Assembly: GCA_003971905.1 (NCBI GenBank)
Contig: RSEE01000032.1
Location: 310,001 to 374,000 of the forward strand
Origin: Moniliella sp. 'wahieum'
Taxonomy: Eukaryota
Length of the DNA stretch: 64,000 nt
Reading direction: 5' to 3'
Shown: positions 1 to 12,688 of the stretch, piece by piece
Layout of the letters: every line of letters starts with the position of its first letter
Position numbering within the stretch: the first letter of the stretch is position 1
The notes under the pieces: generated by a model
Told to the model about the DNA's origin: nothing
The model's database searches: none
The model's input: the letters and a program-made list of their open reading frames with translations, nothing else
Translations under genes and position numbers: made by a program

Positions 1-1511
1 AGGTGATGTAGCCTGTTGCATCGTTGTTAAAGTCGGGAACATACTCGAATCCAAACGTGACAAAGCGGGAACCCTCAGCGTCGATGTAAGCTTCGGCGGG
101 GATGCGCTGGGTACCACTGACAGCCTCTTGATATACCGATCCTGTGTAACTGTTGCGGGTCGCCCCATTGAAGTGCTGGGCCGCGTCAAACGTCCAGTTG
201 TCGACGGGTCATAGGTGCCGTCTGCAACGACTTTGGTGTCAGCACTTTATTTCTCTTCTTTGCAACGATAGAAGCGGGGAGGGGAACGAGACGCACCTGC
301 AGACTCTGGGAAGCGTAGCCGATACCGTTTGTGTTCTGAGCCTCTACAATGTCAATTTCCGGAGCGGACCGGCCGACGGTAACATCCGGGCCGGGATGCT
401 CCTCACCCGGACAAGTGCAAGCGCTGAAGCGCTGACCGGGGAGATAGGAAAGCTTATAATCGTACTGGTATGAGTAGGTACCCTGGGCATGGAGCACGGC
501 GTGAGGCTCCGTTTTCTCTTTGTTGGTCTGGTTGGGTAGGGCACCATAGTCGCACGAGGTATAGCTGTAGGGCCAAGTGCCATCAGTGGATCCCAGGTAG
601 CCCGGGCGGGCCAAATTGCCCATAGTCCAAAGACCTGGCCAGAAACCACGAGTTTCCTGGGTTCCGGGCAGTTTCACGGCCATTTCAATGTAGCCGCCTT
701 GGAAACAGAATTTGTTCCAGGACTGGAGCATGCCGGATTGGAAGTTGAGATTGTGGGTGTCTTTTTGGGTCATGACAACGTTTAGGGCACCACCGGTCGT
801 GTTGATGGCTTCGGGAGAGTACCATTCATAGTCGTTAGTAGCAGCATAGAAGATATCCTGTGCTTCCCAGAACGGATCGTCGCCCGGCCAAAAAGTCCGC
901 CCCTCTTGCTCAAACTCGTCCGAGAAGACAAGGTTCATCTGCTGATTATTCGTTTGCGATGTCCAGGACTTGGCACTGTCCGGTGTATCGGGGTCGATGA
1001 GGGATCGCATGGGCAGGTCAGCGACTTGTCCCGAGCCGTTTGTCCCGCCCAAACCGTAGGAGCCAAGGACGTTGTGATCGTGCTTGCGCTCGACAGAGAG
1101 AATGGGGTAACCGGCAAAGAGCATGAGCAGGCCAAGAATGATGAGGGCCATGATAAGCAGATTGAAGAACCCACGGAAGTCCATAGTTCTGCGGTGCACG
1201 CGCTTGCCAGGGGGGTCGGGAGTGTGCAGGTCATCATCTGGCTCGACATCAAGAGAATCCCAGCCTGCCAGGGGACGTTGCGGGAGAGGAGAAAGGTCGG
1301 GAGAGGGAGTGTCGTATGATGTACCAGAGATCATTTTGTGGGTGGAAGACTGGAGACTAGCGGCATCGGACATGGCGGCGTAAGCAGGGCGAGCATGGTT
1401 GGCGCGTAAGCCAGGGCCCTGGCTTTGGGTCTGACTCGTGAAGGCACGGGTTTGGGTGGGAGAGACAGCGCGAGGTGCTGGCAGACGAGTTGGGTACTGC
1501 TCACGGCGCAT
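1..1511 (-). CDS. KRE6: Beta-glucan synthesis-associated GH16 protein (KRE6/SKN1 family), 3' end outside window
   Basis: Single TM segment, then LIDPDTP, LVFSDEF, GDDPFWEA, SGMLQSWNKFCFQGG, WPGLWTMGNLARPGY and RSAPEIDIVEA. A 75-nt intron lies at 222-296 (GTGCGT..CTGAC..CAG). After an indel, coding continues to the window edge (YQEAVSG, FGFEYVP). Confidence 0.93.
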
Positions 1512-2031
1512 AGCCCGGTTGGACCGCCCGTTGGGAGGCCATGGTGGTTGGTCTGAGGTGGTGGAGAGAACGAAAAAGGTGGTAGTGACAAGGGGAGTAC
1601 GCAGGCGCCGGGTAGATGATTTGCAGAATATGCCAGCGATGCCGGGGCCGACGAGGAAGGAATGACTGGTACGACACGGAAGCCAAAGGTGGGGGCGTAG
1701 GATCTAGTGACTGGAGACTATCGTCGCATGCGATCATCACAGCCCCAGAGGGGTGCAGTGAATAAAGCTGTGGGAGGAATGAGGCCTAGGCGCAGTACTC
1801 TGTTAATGAGGCCGAGGGCTGAAACCAGCGTTGGAAGGTGGAAGGTGTGATATTGAATAGCCTGAGGCCCTGAGGTCCGAGGGTTGGGGGCGTGAGGACC
1901 ACTCAGCTTGAGTGCTCAGCCTGAGTACTGGGTCTCAACGTTCAACGTACTCAGCCGCTCATCGCCACCTTCGATCTGGCAATCGGGGGGGGGGGGGGCG
2001 AGAGAAAGACAGAAGGGGTGCGGGTTGAACA

Positions 2032-2052
2032 TACTGAGTACTGAGTACTGAG
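2032..2052. repeat. Heptamer array (TACTGAG)x3 = AGTACT+G
   Basis: Directly visible. Confidence 0.9.
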
Positions 2053-2707
2053 TCTGAGTACGCGAGTACGGAACATGGAACGCGTTGAATGTTGGCGTTG
2101 TGAGCTCGCCGGTCGCCATGCTCGATGCTTGCTCCCTCTCACACATCATGCATCACACCACTTGGAGTGTCAAAACACACACTTCGAGTGTTTGATGAAG
2201 GCGAGGCCTGAGGATGCGGAAGAGCTGAGGCTGAGGGCAGCTGCTGGGGCGGCAGGGCGGGGGAGCTGGCGATGGAGGAGGGAGTACTGCCGTTCTCTTG
2301 AGCGCCGAGCCTCGCACGTCACATAGATATCGGATGGGCCGACGCATTGTGATGCAGATGGGCTGGCATGTGGCAGGGGGAGCGACAAGGCGAGGAGCCG
2401 GCAGTCACTAAAACACTAGTCATTAGTCACTGAGCACTGACACGTGGTGTGAATTGTGACGGTCACAAAAAAGCGAGCGCTGAGCGCCTGCTCTACCATT
2501 GTGCATTCCGCGTGTAGTCACTGTAGCAGGGATTGAAGATTGGGCCTGCACATGTCTGCGATTTTGGTGTCACTTGCTGTCACATGTCACAGGCTGCACG
2601 TCACATGCATGTCACAGTTGATGCATGATTTCTGATGCGGGATGCATGATACTTGGTGCTTGCACTTCAAATTTCAACTTGACCACGTCCAATTAAAACT
2701 GCGATCG

Positions 2708-2796
2708 TCGATCATCGATCATCGATCATCGAGATTGGTGCATGTTGTGATATGTGTGTATGAGTAATGATGATCGATGATCGATGATCGATGATC
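2708..2796. repeat. Two mutually inverted heptamer arrays, (TCGATCA)x3 and (TGATCGA)x3
   Basis: Directly visible at 2708-2731 and 2771-2796. Confidence 0.9.
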
Positions 2797-3695
2797 AAAG
2801 AATCCGATTATCGCGATTAAATCGCTGGCATTTCCTCGCAGTGCGCCTTATGCCAGCCGGTGCCTGTGCCTGGGCAGCGAAGCTGATAGCCCTCCCCGTG
2901 CCGGTTCCAAGGCCCACGCCTTGCCGTCGGTATGTCCCGCCGAGTTGCCGCTGCCTCGGGCCGTAAGCAGTTGCTCCGGTTGCTCCCCACAGCGCCTGTG
3001 TCTGCTGCTGCGTGCTACTGCGTGCTTCTGCTCGGGCCTGGCCAAGTACTATCCCGATGAGATCGATGATCGATGAATAAAAGCAGTGGGATACAGCCAA
3101 CACACCCCTCTGATAATGCACTCATCCTCCGATCTTCCCATTCCCCCTTCCGCCAGTGTCGCAGGGCGTCGCTGTAAGAACGCCGTTAACAATAGAGCTT
3201 CTTGTTACATCGTTATGAGTGACTGAGCGTTGTTACATGTTATCCGCCACCCAAAGCCTACGCACGGTATGCGTCTCTACAATTATCGATTATCGTGTAC
3301 GAAGCCTGATGCGTGCACAGGGAGAAGATTTCGCTCGGGCTGAGCGCTGAGGCTCAGCCGCTCACCGGCGCTCACCACACGCTTTCCCTCTCATCGATCT
3401 CATCTGGTTAATATAGCGTCGCCAGCCGCTCAGGACATCAGCATGGTTTGGCTTCCGCCACATGCCCTCCCCCAATCGCTCACATTCCACTTGCTCAAAA
3501 GAGGAGAGAGACGATAGGCTGTCATCTCATTTCTCTGATTGCGCTTTCTAATATCAGGCCTCAGGTGTCGATATCTCCCCTGTGGCCCCTTTGGTGATGA
3601 TGCGTGGTTCCCTTCGTCCCTTCATAACAGAGGGACACAACCTATCGTGCAACTATATCCCTGTTAGACTGTGATCCTGCCGCTGCTCTTATCCC

Positions 3696-3769
3696 GGCTC
3701 GATAGCGTAGTGGTAACGCCTCCCTGGCCAATAGGCAATGACATGCCGGTTCGAATCCTATTCGAGCCT
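3696..3769 (+). pseudogene. tRNA-like element / pseudo-tRNA of uncertain identity
   Basis: Perfect acceptor stem GGCTCGA/TCGAGCC, D arm GCGT-AGTGGTA-ACGC and B box GGTTCGAATCC are present. The T stem (GCCGG/CCTAT) and the anticodon arm are mispaired. Confidence 0.7.
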
Positions 3770-3879
3770 CTCTTTCCTCAATGTTTCCCCGGGCTGTGCC
3801 TTCCCACAATCCATTCAACATTGGTGAGAAGTTTTGAAGTGCAACTCCTGCCGAAGCGGTGTACCATGTATTACATGGA

Positions 3880-4900
3880 CTGATGCAGCACACACGCTTC
3901 CAATTTTACAGACTTTTGCCCACATATCGATGTTAGGTGACCCGAAAAGGGTGGGAAGTCTGCGAGGTAGTGGATGCAGCCTCTCTCTATTAGTGTTCGT
4001 CAATGATCTCGATGATCCGTACTCATTAATCAACGCGAATTCCCTAAGTGACCGGTAGAATATCTCAGTCGCCGTATAATGGTGCAAGCCGGAATGGACT
4101 TGGGGTTTCAACATATTGCTCTTGACACGCCTGGAACAGGGAGCGGAGTGCAGTAGACGCCGTCGGTATCCATCACTCCGTGTAGACTTTTCCATAATGA
4201 GGCAACTCGACTGGAGTTTTGTCCTAGAACCCGAAGCCAGTCCAATGTCCGTCAAGTTGAAGTAGCCCGAGGCGTCGAACGAGGAACCGGCTTGAGGCTG
4301 GGGGGAAAATGCCCCAGCACATGCAGCTCATGGACCGCAACAAACATCTGCGTTCCATAGAAGTGGGCATGGTGCTCGCGTTGCAAGTCGGACTTCTGCA
4401 GAAGGTATCGAAACCGCGTCAGGGACATATTACTCCGTGGCGAGACACATAATCTCCTGGTCATGGAAGGCGTGCATGATTTCACTAAGCCTACGGGGTA
4501 CGCGTGGCAGTGAGGATGTCGCGTTCAGTGAAGACGAGGCGCGCTCCATCCATTGACCATGCCGTTTTGGTTAGTCTCCTGTTAAGCGCTCATATTTTTC
4601 CTGACTTTACACGCAAGAGAACGACGTCGCCATACCTGGCTTGTCCCACTTGCGTGATGGTGTGGAACGGTGGGAGACACAGAGCTTGGTCAGGAGCTTC
4701 CGGAGCATTGTCCCTTCTGGTCCTCGGCATGAACGCGGCTATCTCTCTTGCACCTCTTGCTGAAACGAGCATTTGAGGGTGTGGTTCAAATTGGGAAGCG
4801 CGACTCATGAGCCTTCAATGCAGGCGGACAGGTATACTATTAGCAGTAGAGCGAATCGTAGTAGTAATTGCCATGAGCAGGTTGGCTTCGCACTTGACAT
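3880..4900 (-). pseudogene. DBF2: Decayed Dbf2/Sid2-type NDR (AGC) protein kinase
   Basis: Collinear relics across several frames: YYYDSL, MLRKLLTKL, FHTITQVGQARYG, ERDILTATRTP, EHHAHFYGTQMFVAVHELHVLG, PPSLKP (normally HRDLKP), LTDIGLASG (normally LTDFGLASG) and FPPFSG. It has in-frame stops and catalytic substitutions, not only indels. Confidence 0.85.
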
Positions 4901-5518
4901 TGACTTGGCAGGCAACCTGAGTCTCCCAAGGGGACAAAGCTCGCCCGTCTTCTACGACTGCCAAGAGCGCTGGTTGTCCTCCTGCTGAGAGCAGTGGTGG
5001 CAGTATATGGGTGCATTTTCGTGGGGGCGATCACTGCCTGACCTGTGTCCTGTGGGGATGATTCTCCACCCGCCTGTTGCGGCAGCGGGGCGGGACTGTG
5101 TGTGAGGAACTTGGTTGCCGGGGCTGTTTTCTGCAAAACAAGTAGGTATCTGTGCGTCCATCAGGATGTGGCGAAGAGGCACAGCTCATGGATCATCAGC
5201 CCCACCAACGTGGGTAGTGGATTTTAATCCAGTGGCGCCTTAGGCCTTAATATTGAAAGCTGACAGGCCCCAGGGATTTCGATTTAGCGTGAGCGGCTTT
5301 TAAACATTGAAATAAGCTGACCCCCGTGGAAATTGCAAGAGCGCATGACTCGGCACACTGCCCCCGTTCTAGCGCGTCCCATCTCAACAGCGAGAGCATC
5401 ACTCAACATTCCCGGCCGCAGCAAAAGTCAGGAGCAGCGTCCCACACCTCCCCGTTGTTTTCTGAACCATCTCTCCTGCTACAGCCCACCACCAACCACC
5501 ACCAGCATCACCACCATT

Positions 5519-6501
5519 ATGGCAGACACCGCCACCCCACAAGCGACGAGAAAGAGTACTGCACCTGTGCGCCGGGTGCAACCGGCGGGACGGCGGGTGC
5601 GCCCCTCCCTGGCCCCGGCCCCGGCGTCGCTGTATGCCCCACTCGCCTGCCAATCTCTGGGTCGCGTATGGAGGAGGAAGAAGAGCTGGCAATTCGCCCC
5701 GTTCCTCTGGATTTTGGTTCGCTCTTTGACCAAATGGACCGATTTCTAGTCCATTTCAAAGCGGCCGTGAGCAGCACCTGTTCTCGTGCCGAGGCGGAAC
5801 GGGAGGCGCACGAGACCCAGCTGGCGTTAACGCGGGACGAAGTACGAGCGGCTGAGGGGGAGGTGACAGATGCAAAGGAGGCTCAGTCTGCACTGTGGGA
5901 AACGATCAGTGCTCAAAAAGCAGCCGACGCCGAGGAGCGTGACACGCTCGCTCGCCTCCGTGCCACCCAGGCCAGCTTGAGCTCCAAGGCTGATGATTTG
6001 CGCGCACAGCTGGCAGCGGTCACGACCCAAACCAGTAGGAAACGGACACATCTCGAGATGGTACGCGATACCATTCATCTCCAGCGGTCCAAAACACCTT
6101 GGGAACATCAACGTCTCCAAGACCTGCTTGGCATCGAGATCCAGCCTACGAAACACTCTTGTACGTCCACTCGTTGTTCCTGGTGTATTGGTACTGACCA
6201 CGCTGCAGCCCAACTCAAAATCATTTTCTACCTTCTCAATCCCGACGATTTTTACTCGCAATCGACTTGCCTCCTCGACCTCGGCGGCAAAGGGAAGCCG
6301 TACAGCGTACTCTCCACTCATCCACCCCTGCCTGGGGGTACGATTCATGCACTGGTGCAGCAGATGAACCGCACGCGCGACCCATGGTCTTTCATCAAGG
6401 CCATGAGGCACGAGTTCCGACAACGGGCTCTGGCGCCTCCAAACGACGGCGTGGGATCCAGGCGTGATGCTTGCCGTTCCGGGGGAGCTGGGGGGAGCTA
6501 G
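5519..6501 (+). CDS. SPC25: Kinetochore protein Spc25 (Ndc80 complex)
   Basis: Long coiled coil followed by an RWD-like Spc25 domain (LGIEI..LKIIFYLLNPDD..HPPLP..LVQQMNRTRDPWSFIKAMRHEF). 48-nt intron at 6161-6208; one indel near the 5' end. Confidence 0.8.
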
Positions 6502-6874
6502 AGCAGCTCTGTCCCGGAGTCATGATCGAGTATTTGTACTTTTCGTCTTCGTGTCCCTTTTGTATGATTGCACTTCACATGATATGTCCCAGGTTACATA
6601 CCTTTTCATGGAGACACACATAAAATGAAGGGACAGGTGGTAAAAGGCTGCCGCTGGTTAACAGAAACCCTGGCGTACTATGCTCTCTGGTAGTACGGAC
6701 GTGTGGTGACACTTGGTACTTGTTACCAGTGGCTCGATAATTCTGGAGGCTCAGAATATCCATATTTCAAAGTTGTTTTTGTGCATCCCTCAATCTTTGA
6801 ATTTACCACAGACCATCGCCGCCAACTCGCCCCAATCGCCTCCACTTTGCCACCAGCGTCGTCAATTGCCTGAT

Positions 6875-7830
6875 ATGCCTGACCCCAAGACGCAAGCTTA
6901 CCTTGCCCGCTACCTTGAAAAACCTGACGAGCCTCGAAAGAAAAAGCGCAAATCGAAGCATGCTGAGCCTGGCTTGGTTATCCAGGATGACAACCCTTGG
7001 CCTGTGCCCGAACAAGAGGAAACAGGGCCAGAAGACCCCTTCGTTCTCCGCGTTAGCGAGGGCAAGAAGCCCGCATTCAAAAAGACGTTTTCCTCTGCTA
7101 CTTCATCGAAAGTGGTCTCGTCCGACTCTGCTTCCCAAGCTGGGACTGAGACCGAGACGGCCACCCTGCCCCGGCCCCCGCCCCCGCCCCCGCCCGCCCC
7201 CGCGCAGGCTTGATGACCAAGGCAGATCTTCGTGCGCAAAAGGAGGAGCGATTGGCCCGAGAAGCTGCGGCCCGCGCTGCCCCGCCCCTTCGAACAATAG
7301 CGAACAGCAGACGGTCTACCGTGATGCCTCGGGACGAAAAATTGATGTCGAGGCCGAGGCGGCGGAACGGGCAGAGGAAGAGCGGGCGCGGAAGGCGAAG
7401 GAGGCCGAGCGTAAGAATTGGGGGCGCGGACAAGTCCAACTTGCCGAAGCGAGGCGGAAACAAGAAGAACTGGAGGCCATCAAGGAGGAAGGTGTGGCCC
7501 GTTATGCTACCGATGAGAAGATGAACGCTGAATTGCGTGCTGCTGTCCGAGCGGACGATCCGGCGTTGGCCTTTCTTTCCACCAAGAAGGAACAGGGGCC
7601 GCGGATGCCTAAATACACGGGCCCTACTCCACCCCTAACCGGTTTGGAATTGCTCCAGGGTATCGCTGGGATGGCGTGGACCGCTCAAATGGATTCGAGC
7701 GGAAGTACTTCGCACGCATCAATGAGCGCAAACGCCGAGACCAAGTTGCTCAAGGTACGTCTCTCCTCTTCTATAGATACGGAGTACTGACTCGTTTGGC
7801 ATCCCAGCATGGCGGCAAGAAGACATGTAA
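6875..7830 (+). CDS. BUD13: Pre-mRNA splicing factor Bud13/Cwc26 (RES complex)
   Basis: [31 protein letters not shown] and [22 protein letters not shown] terminal intron precedes WRQEDM*. Confidence 0.92.
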
Positions 7831-7972
7831 CTTATACCCATTCGTCAGGAGTCCTATTGAGGTATGCGTTTGCATTGATACATGATGTCCCTGCTAAGGT
7901 TTATCATTAACATCATGATGGCACCCTATGATACTCAAGTGGGAAGGGTTGGCCATGCAATAATAATGCAGA

Positions 7973-9441
7973 TCATTTTTCAAACTGGTGTGTGCGACTT
8001 GCCCACTCCAATATCTTACGCTCCAGACCAGGTTTGGGGCCGTATTTAGCCCTACAAGCAGTCACCAACTCTGCGGGGGTAGACACCCCTTTGTTGCGCA
8101 GAAGTAGGGTACACTCACGGTCTGAAGGCAACACGTACTCGTTTGTGTCTGGCGACTTTTCCCTGAGGCTCAGCCCATCGGCCAAAGAGAAGTCCAAGCG
8201 TGGGATGTTAATGTCAGGACGGAAAAACCGTTGGTCCACCCTTTCTTCGTCCACAGCATCAATATTTCCGGGTTCCCATCCGGCTCGTCCAGTCTTCCGC
8301 TTGCCCTCTGCATCCTTCTCGAGGACATGAGTCACGCCTGTGTAGAAGTCACGCTCCCCACGGGCCAGACGGCAAAATCCAGTAGCACGGCGCATGTCGC
8401 GCTCGTAGCTCGCCTCAAGCGATGGCAGTGGCTCTCCCATATGCCGATGGGTCACCACAAGTGATCGGGGGCTCTTGCTGTGAAGCACCGCCAGTGTCTT
8501 ACTGGCCCAGAGGGAAATGTCGTCCCACCCCTCGTTTTCGAGACGAGGTTCAAGTATACGCCGAGTGTCCGAACCGGGGCGCTGTAGTTCCTCCAGGCTT
8601 TGGAGAATGTCTTGCATGCGGTACTGGGGGTAGGTGAGGGAGAAACATGATCCAAGGCCACCCTACGTGAACCAAAGAAGGGGCTGCTTGCCAGGTCTGT
8701 AGCCGGTGCCGGATCAGTGCTCCACTCAAGCAGAAGCTTGTCCACTAGCGCAGTGTTCTGCGGCTGGGCCGCCGTCACCTGCGCAACCACAGCTGCCACT
8801 GCTGATGCAGGGACAAAGTGCGTCGCCAAGCCAAGGTAATAGAGCTCCCACCCGGCTAGCCGGTGCCCTGTTAGGGCGAGGTACAGCCCAACCCCCCCGT
8901 CCAGCTGGGCGAGGGTGCGAGCGACCCCGACATCGGGAAAGAAGCCAATGCCGGTCTCAGGCATAGCCCAAAGCGTGTTTTCCGTTACCACCCGTATCTG
9001 AAGTGGGGAAGATAGCCCTACACCGCCGCCCATCACGATCCCATCTAAGATGGCCAACGCGACGTGGTGGCTGTCGTTTGCGATCCGAGCCAGGAGGTAG
9101 TCGACCTCATACTCTTTCTGGAAAAAGGCCAAGCTGGCTTGTTGGACCTCTGGGTCGGTGCTCGCCGCAGCACGGACAACAGCAAGGACATCCCCGCCAG
9201 CGCAGAAAGCGCGGCCTTCGTGGGTGAGTAGAAGGGTGCGGCCGCGTTCCTTGAGAAAGGCTTGAAGTCTTGCAGTGAGCTGAGTAACCATGGGCAAGTT
9301 CAGTGCATTAAGTGCCTCGGGGCGGGTGAGGGTGAGTACGTGCACGCTTCCTTCCATGGGGGGTGACGAGCATCGGTGAGAGATGTGCGCTCAGTTGGGC
9401 AACGCGTGCGCTGCCGGGGCGAGGGCAGTGGGCTTGGACAT
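7973..9441 (-). CDS. EHD3: 3-hydroxyisobutyryl-CoA hydrolase (crotonase family, mitochondrial)
   Basis: LTRPEALNAL, RAFCAGGDV, FFQKEY, DGIVMGGGVG, WAMPETGIGFFPDVG, LALTG, KSPRSL and DFYTGV; split by indels. Confidence 0.92.
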
Positions 9442-9813
9442 AGACAGGAGGTGGAGTAGAAGAGAGGGCAGGCCACCCTCCCCGAATGGATTGAGATGAG
9501 TTGGTTGGGATCATTGATCATTGATTGCCCGGGCTGACTCGGGATTATCGATTAGCGGGTACCGGCAATCGATAATCGGTAACCGGTTGACGGCAGTTCC
9601 CAATATCAACCAGATCCATCCATCATGCATCACATCACACATCAAATATCATGCGATCATCACCCATCCTACCCCACACCCCACTTTGTTTGGGCCTGTG
9701 AGGGAACCGAAAAAAGCTGCGGCACTAACCCTATTTGTTTACAGGCGCCCTTGTCAATTGCTATGGTTTTGCTCGCTTGGTGCCCGAGACTTCCCCCCAT
9801 CCAAGTAACCAAC

Positions 9814-10579
9814 ATGGCTGACGCAGCTCCTCGTGGACGTGGTGGTTTTGGCCGTGACCGTGGTGGCCGTGGCCGTCGTGGCCGTCGTGGTGCCCGTGGC
9901 GGCGAGAAGGAGGAATGGGTGCCCGTCACCTCCGTTGGCCGCCTCGTCAAGGACGGCAAGATCAAGTCGATCGAGGAGATCTACCTCTTTTCCCTCCCCA
10001 TCAAAGAGTACCAGGTGGTGGACCTGCTCCTGCCCAAGCTCAAGGATGAGGTGATGAAGATCCACCCTGTGCAGAAGCAGACCCGTGCTGGTCAGCGTAC
10101 CCGTTTTAAGGCGTTCGTTGCCGTTGGTGACTCGGACGGTCACTTGGGCCTTGGTGTCAAGTGCGCCAAGGAGGTTGCCACCGCCATCCGCGCTGCCCAT
10201 CAATCTGGCTAAGCTCTCCGTTATTCCGGTTCGCCGTGGGTACTGGGGTGCTGCTCTTGGTGAGCCCCACACGGTCCCCATGAAGGTGAGCGGTAAGACT
10301 GCCTCGGTCATGTGCCGTCTCGTTCCCGCCCCCCGCGGTACGGGCATTGTTGCCGCTCCTGCGTCGAAGCGCATGCTTCAGCTTGCCGGTGTGACCGACT
10401 GCTACACCCAGTCTTCGGGCCAGACGGCCCATGGCAACTTTATCAAGGCCACCTTCGAGGCTGTGTCCAAGACGTACGGTTTCCTCACGCCCAACCTGTG
10501 GAACAACATCCCCCCTCCTCCTACGCCCTTCGTGGAGTACTCTGCTCACCTCGCAAAGGCGGCCAAAAAGGCGCTCTAA
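9814..10579 (+). CDS. RPS2: 40S ribosomal protein S2 (uS5)
   Basis: RGG-rich N-terminus, [31 protein letters not shown] and [12 protein letters not shown]; strong codon bias; indel near 10197. Confidence 0.98.
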
Positions 10580-11135
10580 ACGTCGCATGACATGTGACAG
10601 CTCATTGCGCTTTAACATGAAAAATTAAACGTCTTGGTTGTGTCGTTGCCATTGATTTCTGGTCTGGGCTAAGGTTGGGGAGGCCTTGTGCTCAGATGCA
10701 TAGACATGCTGTACGATAGTGATGAAAGGTATCTTTTAAGTTGTGCAAATAGAAGGCGAATCTGTCTGGGGCACGCGTATGGGGCGTTCCTTAGCAGCTT
10801 CACAGCTGAGTCGGGATCAGAGGCGCTGTTAAACAGACGCAGGCAGTAACTACCTACGTGCAACTTTTTGGCGGTGACTGGTACGAAAACCTGTCACTGC
10901 TCACTTAACTCGGCCGTGACCGCGTGACCCGCGAGAGAGACGCCAAGTACGATCTTCTTCGTCCATTTTTGATCATGATGAATGATCAGGAAAGGGGGGG
11001 ACTTAGGCTAAGATTCAGGATGGGGCTGGAGATTTGGCAGCTGTGTGACAGCTTCATATGCAACTGGAAGGGGTCGACGTGAAGCAGGTTGTTTACGGCA
11101 AAAAGGTATAAAGCCAACGTGCAAAACAAAACATA

Positions 11136-11220
11136 TGGACGAATAGGGAATCGAACCCCAGACCTCACACAGTGGCACCAGGATGCAAAGCGTGCGCTCT
11201 ACCAACTGAGCTATCCGCCC
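11136..11220 (-). tRNA. tRNA-Ala(UGC) with a 12-nt canonical intron (11172-11183)
   Basis: GGGCGGA/TCGTCC acceptor stem with the G3:U70 Ala determinant, GCTC/GAGC D stem, CACGC-TT-TGC-A[intron]T-GTGTG anticodon arm, GGTTCGATTCC and downstream T runs. Confidence 0.95.
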
Positions 11221-11683
11221 GTGAGCTGCTAAGAGTTCGTAGTTCGGACCTGCACCAACCTCCGAATGCTTTCACTTGGGCGGCCCCAATACCCCTCTGC
11301 TTAGTTTCCTTTCTTCTACATCCAGTGATTGATCAAGGTCAAGTGACCTCCTCATCTTGATGGTTATGTTGTGGCAATCAAAGCAGTTTATAAGCGCCTG
11401 GCTCATGGGATCACATGCACGACAGGATCGGTCATTAATTGGGGCTTGTAACTTGCTGGTAGCCAGGACTTGCTCATGTAGCTCAAGCGGCGTAAGTGCC
11501 GTGACGGGTGACGGGTGATGGGTGACGTGAAAGATTCAATTCCGGCCCGGTCGGCTCGCCCTTTGTGGGCCTTGTGTCTCACAAAATCAGGCTAGCACGC
11601 AAGCGAGTAGCCTCTGTTCATTTCCTCCGTTCTAAGTTAAGCCTCAGCCTGTGGTCACCTTGGAGGCATGCAGAACGCCACCA

Positions 11684-12688
11684 ATGATGACCACCGCTAC
11701 TCCCCTTCGCTCCACGGGGAGCATAATGTACCCTCAAAAGCAGCCAGACGAGCCGCTCCGATATCCAACTCGCCTTCAAGTTGCCCTGACCACTCTGATC
11801 CACGGCCCTGGCGACCCGTGGCCTACCCCCCAAACCTGCAGGGCGACACGCCCCACCGACATCGACGTTGGCCTCGGCCTCGGTTTCGGCATCGGCAGAG
11901 CCAAAGGAAGAGGTGTCCTCCCCCGACATGGCTCTCGTTGCGAGCACAGGACCGGCGCGCTGATCGTCATTCTGGAGCAGGCAAGTTTGGAGCTATACCA
12001 GGTCCCTGTTTCCCCCAACGCCCGCGGCTTCCGCGACAAACGAAGGCAAGTTGGCGTGCTGAGTTGCGACGACCACCAGAGTGCGTTGGCCAAGATGGGC
12101 GGGACATTGCCGAGGCACGCCCGGACATTACGCACCAATGTCTGTTTGTCTCTGTTGGATTCGCCACTGAACAAGGCAGGGCGACTGCAGGTCTACATCC
12201 ACACCGCCCAGGGTGTCTGGATCGAGGTCAATCCTCGTGTCCGAATCCCACGGACGTTCAAGCGCTTCAGCGGACTCATGGTGCAGCTTCTTTCGCGCAA
12301 AAAGATTACGAGCGAGAAGGGCGATCGACTTCTCACTGTGATTTCTCCCCTCTCACGTGCTTTTCTGCAGGCACGCACAAAGTCACCCTTACCCACCATG
12401 CCCCTCTGCAACGCTTGTCGACATGGATCCCCCGCGTGCCTGCAGACCATTCTCTGGCAATCTTCATTGGCGCGATGGCCCACGAACGGGATGACTTTGA
12501 GGACTGGAGGTGGACGAAAAGTTGTCCGTTTCAAAGTATGCTTTGAGCGCGGCTGTGCTTGCAGTAAGTAAGGTACGTTTTCCCTTTGGATGTTGGACTA
12601 GAAATACTGGAGGGCTGAGAACTTGGCTGCTGACGCCATGTTTGGTGGTAGTTTACTTGCGCGATCGAAGATGCTGGGAATCATGTGA
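11684..12688 (+). CDS. EMG1: 18S rRNA pseudouridine methyltransferase Nep1/Emg1 (start codon uncertain)
   Basis: [66 protein letters not shown] and SKYALSA; 3' intron. Confidence 0.95.

Noticed and set aside
3590..3680. GTGATGA as box C of a C/D snoRNA (also ATGATGA near 10975)
   Set aside because: No suitably placed CTGA box D or terminal stem.
9726..9735. CTAACCCTAT as a telomerase RNA template or telomere seed
   Set aside because: A single imperfect word in the short EHD3/RPS2 promoter, with no supporting structure or room for a telomerase RNA.
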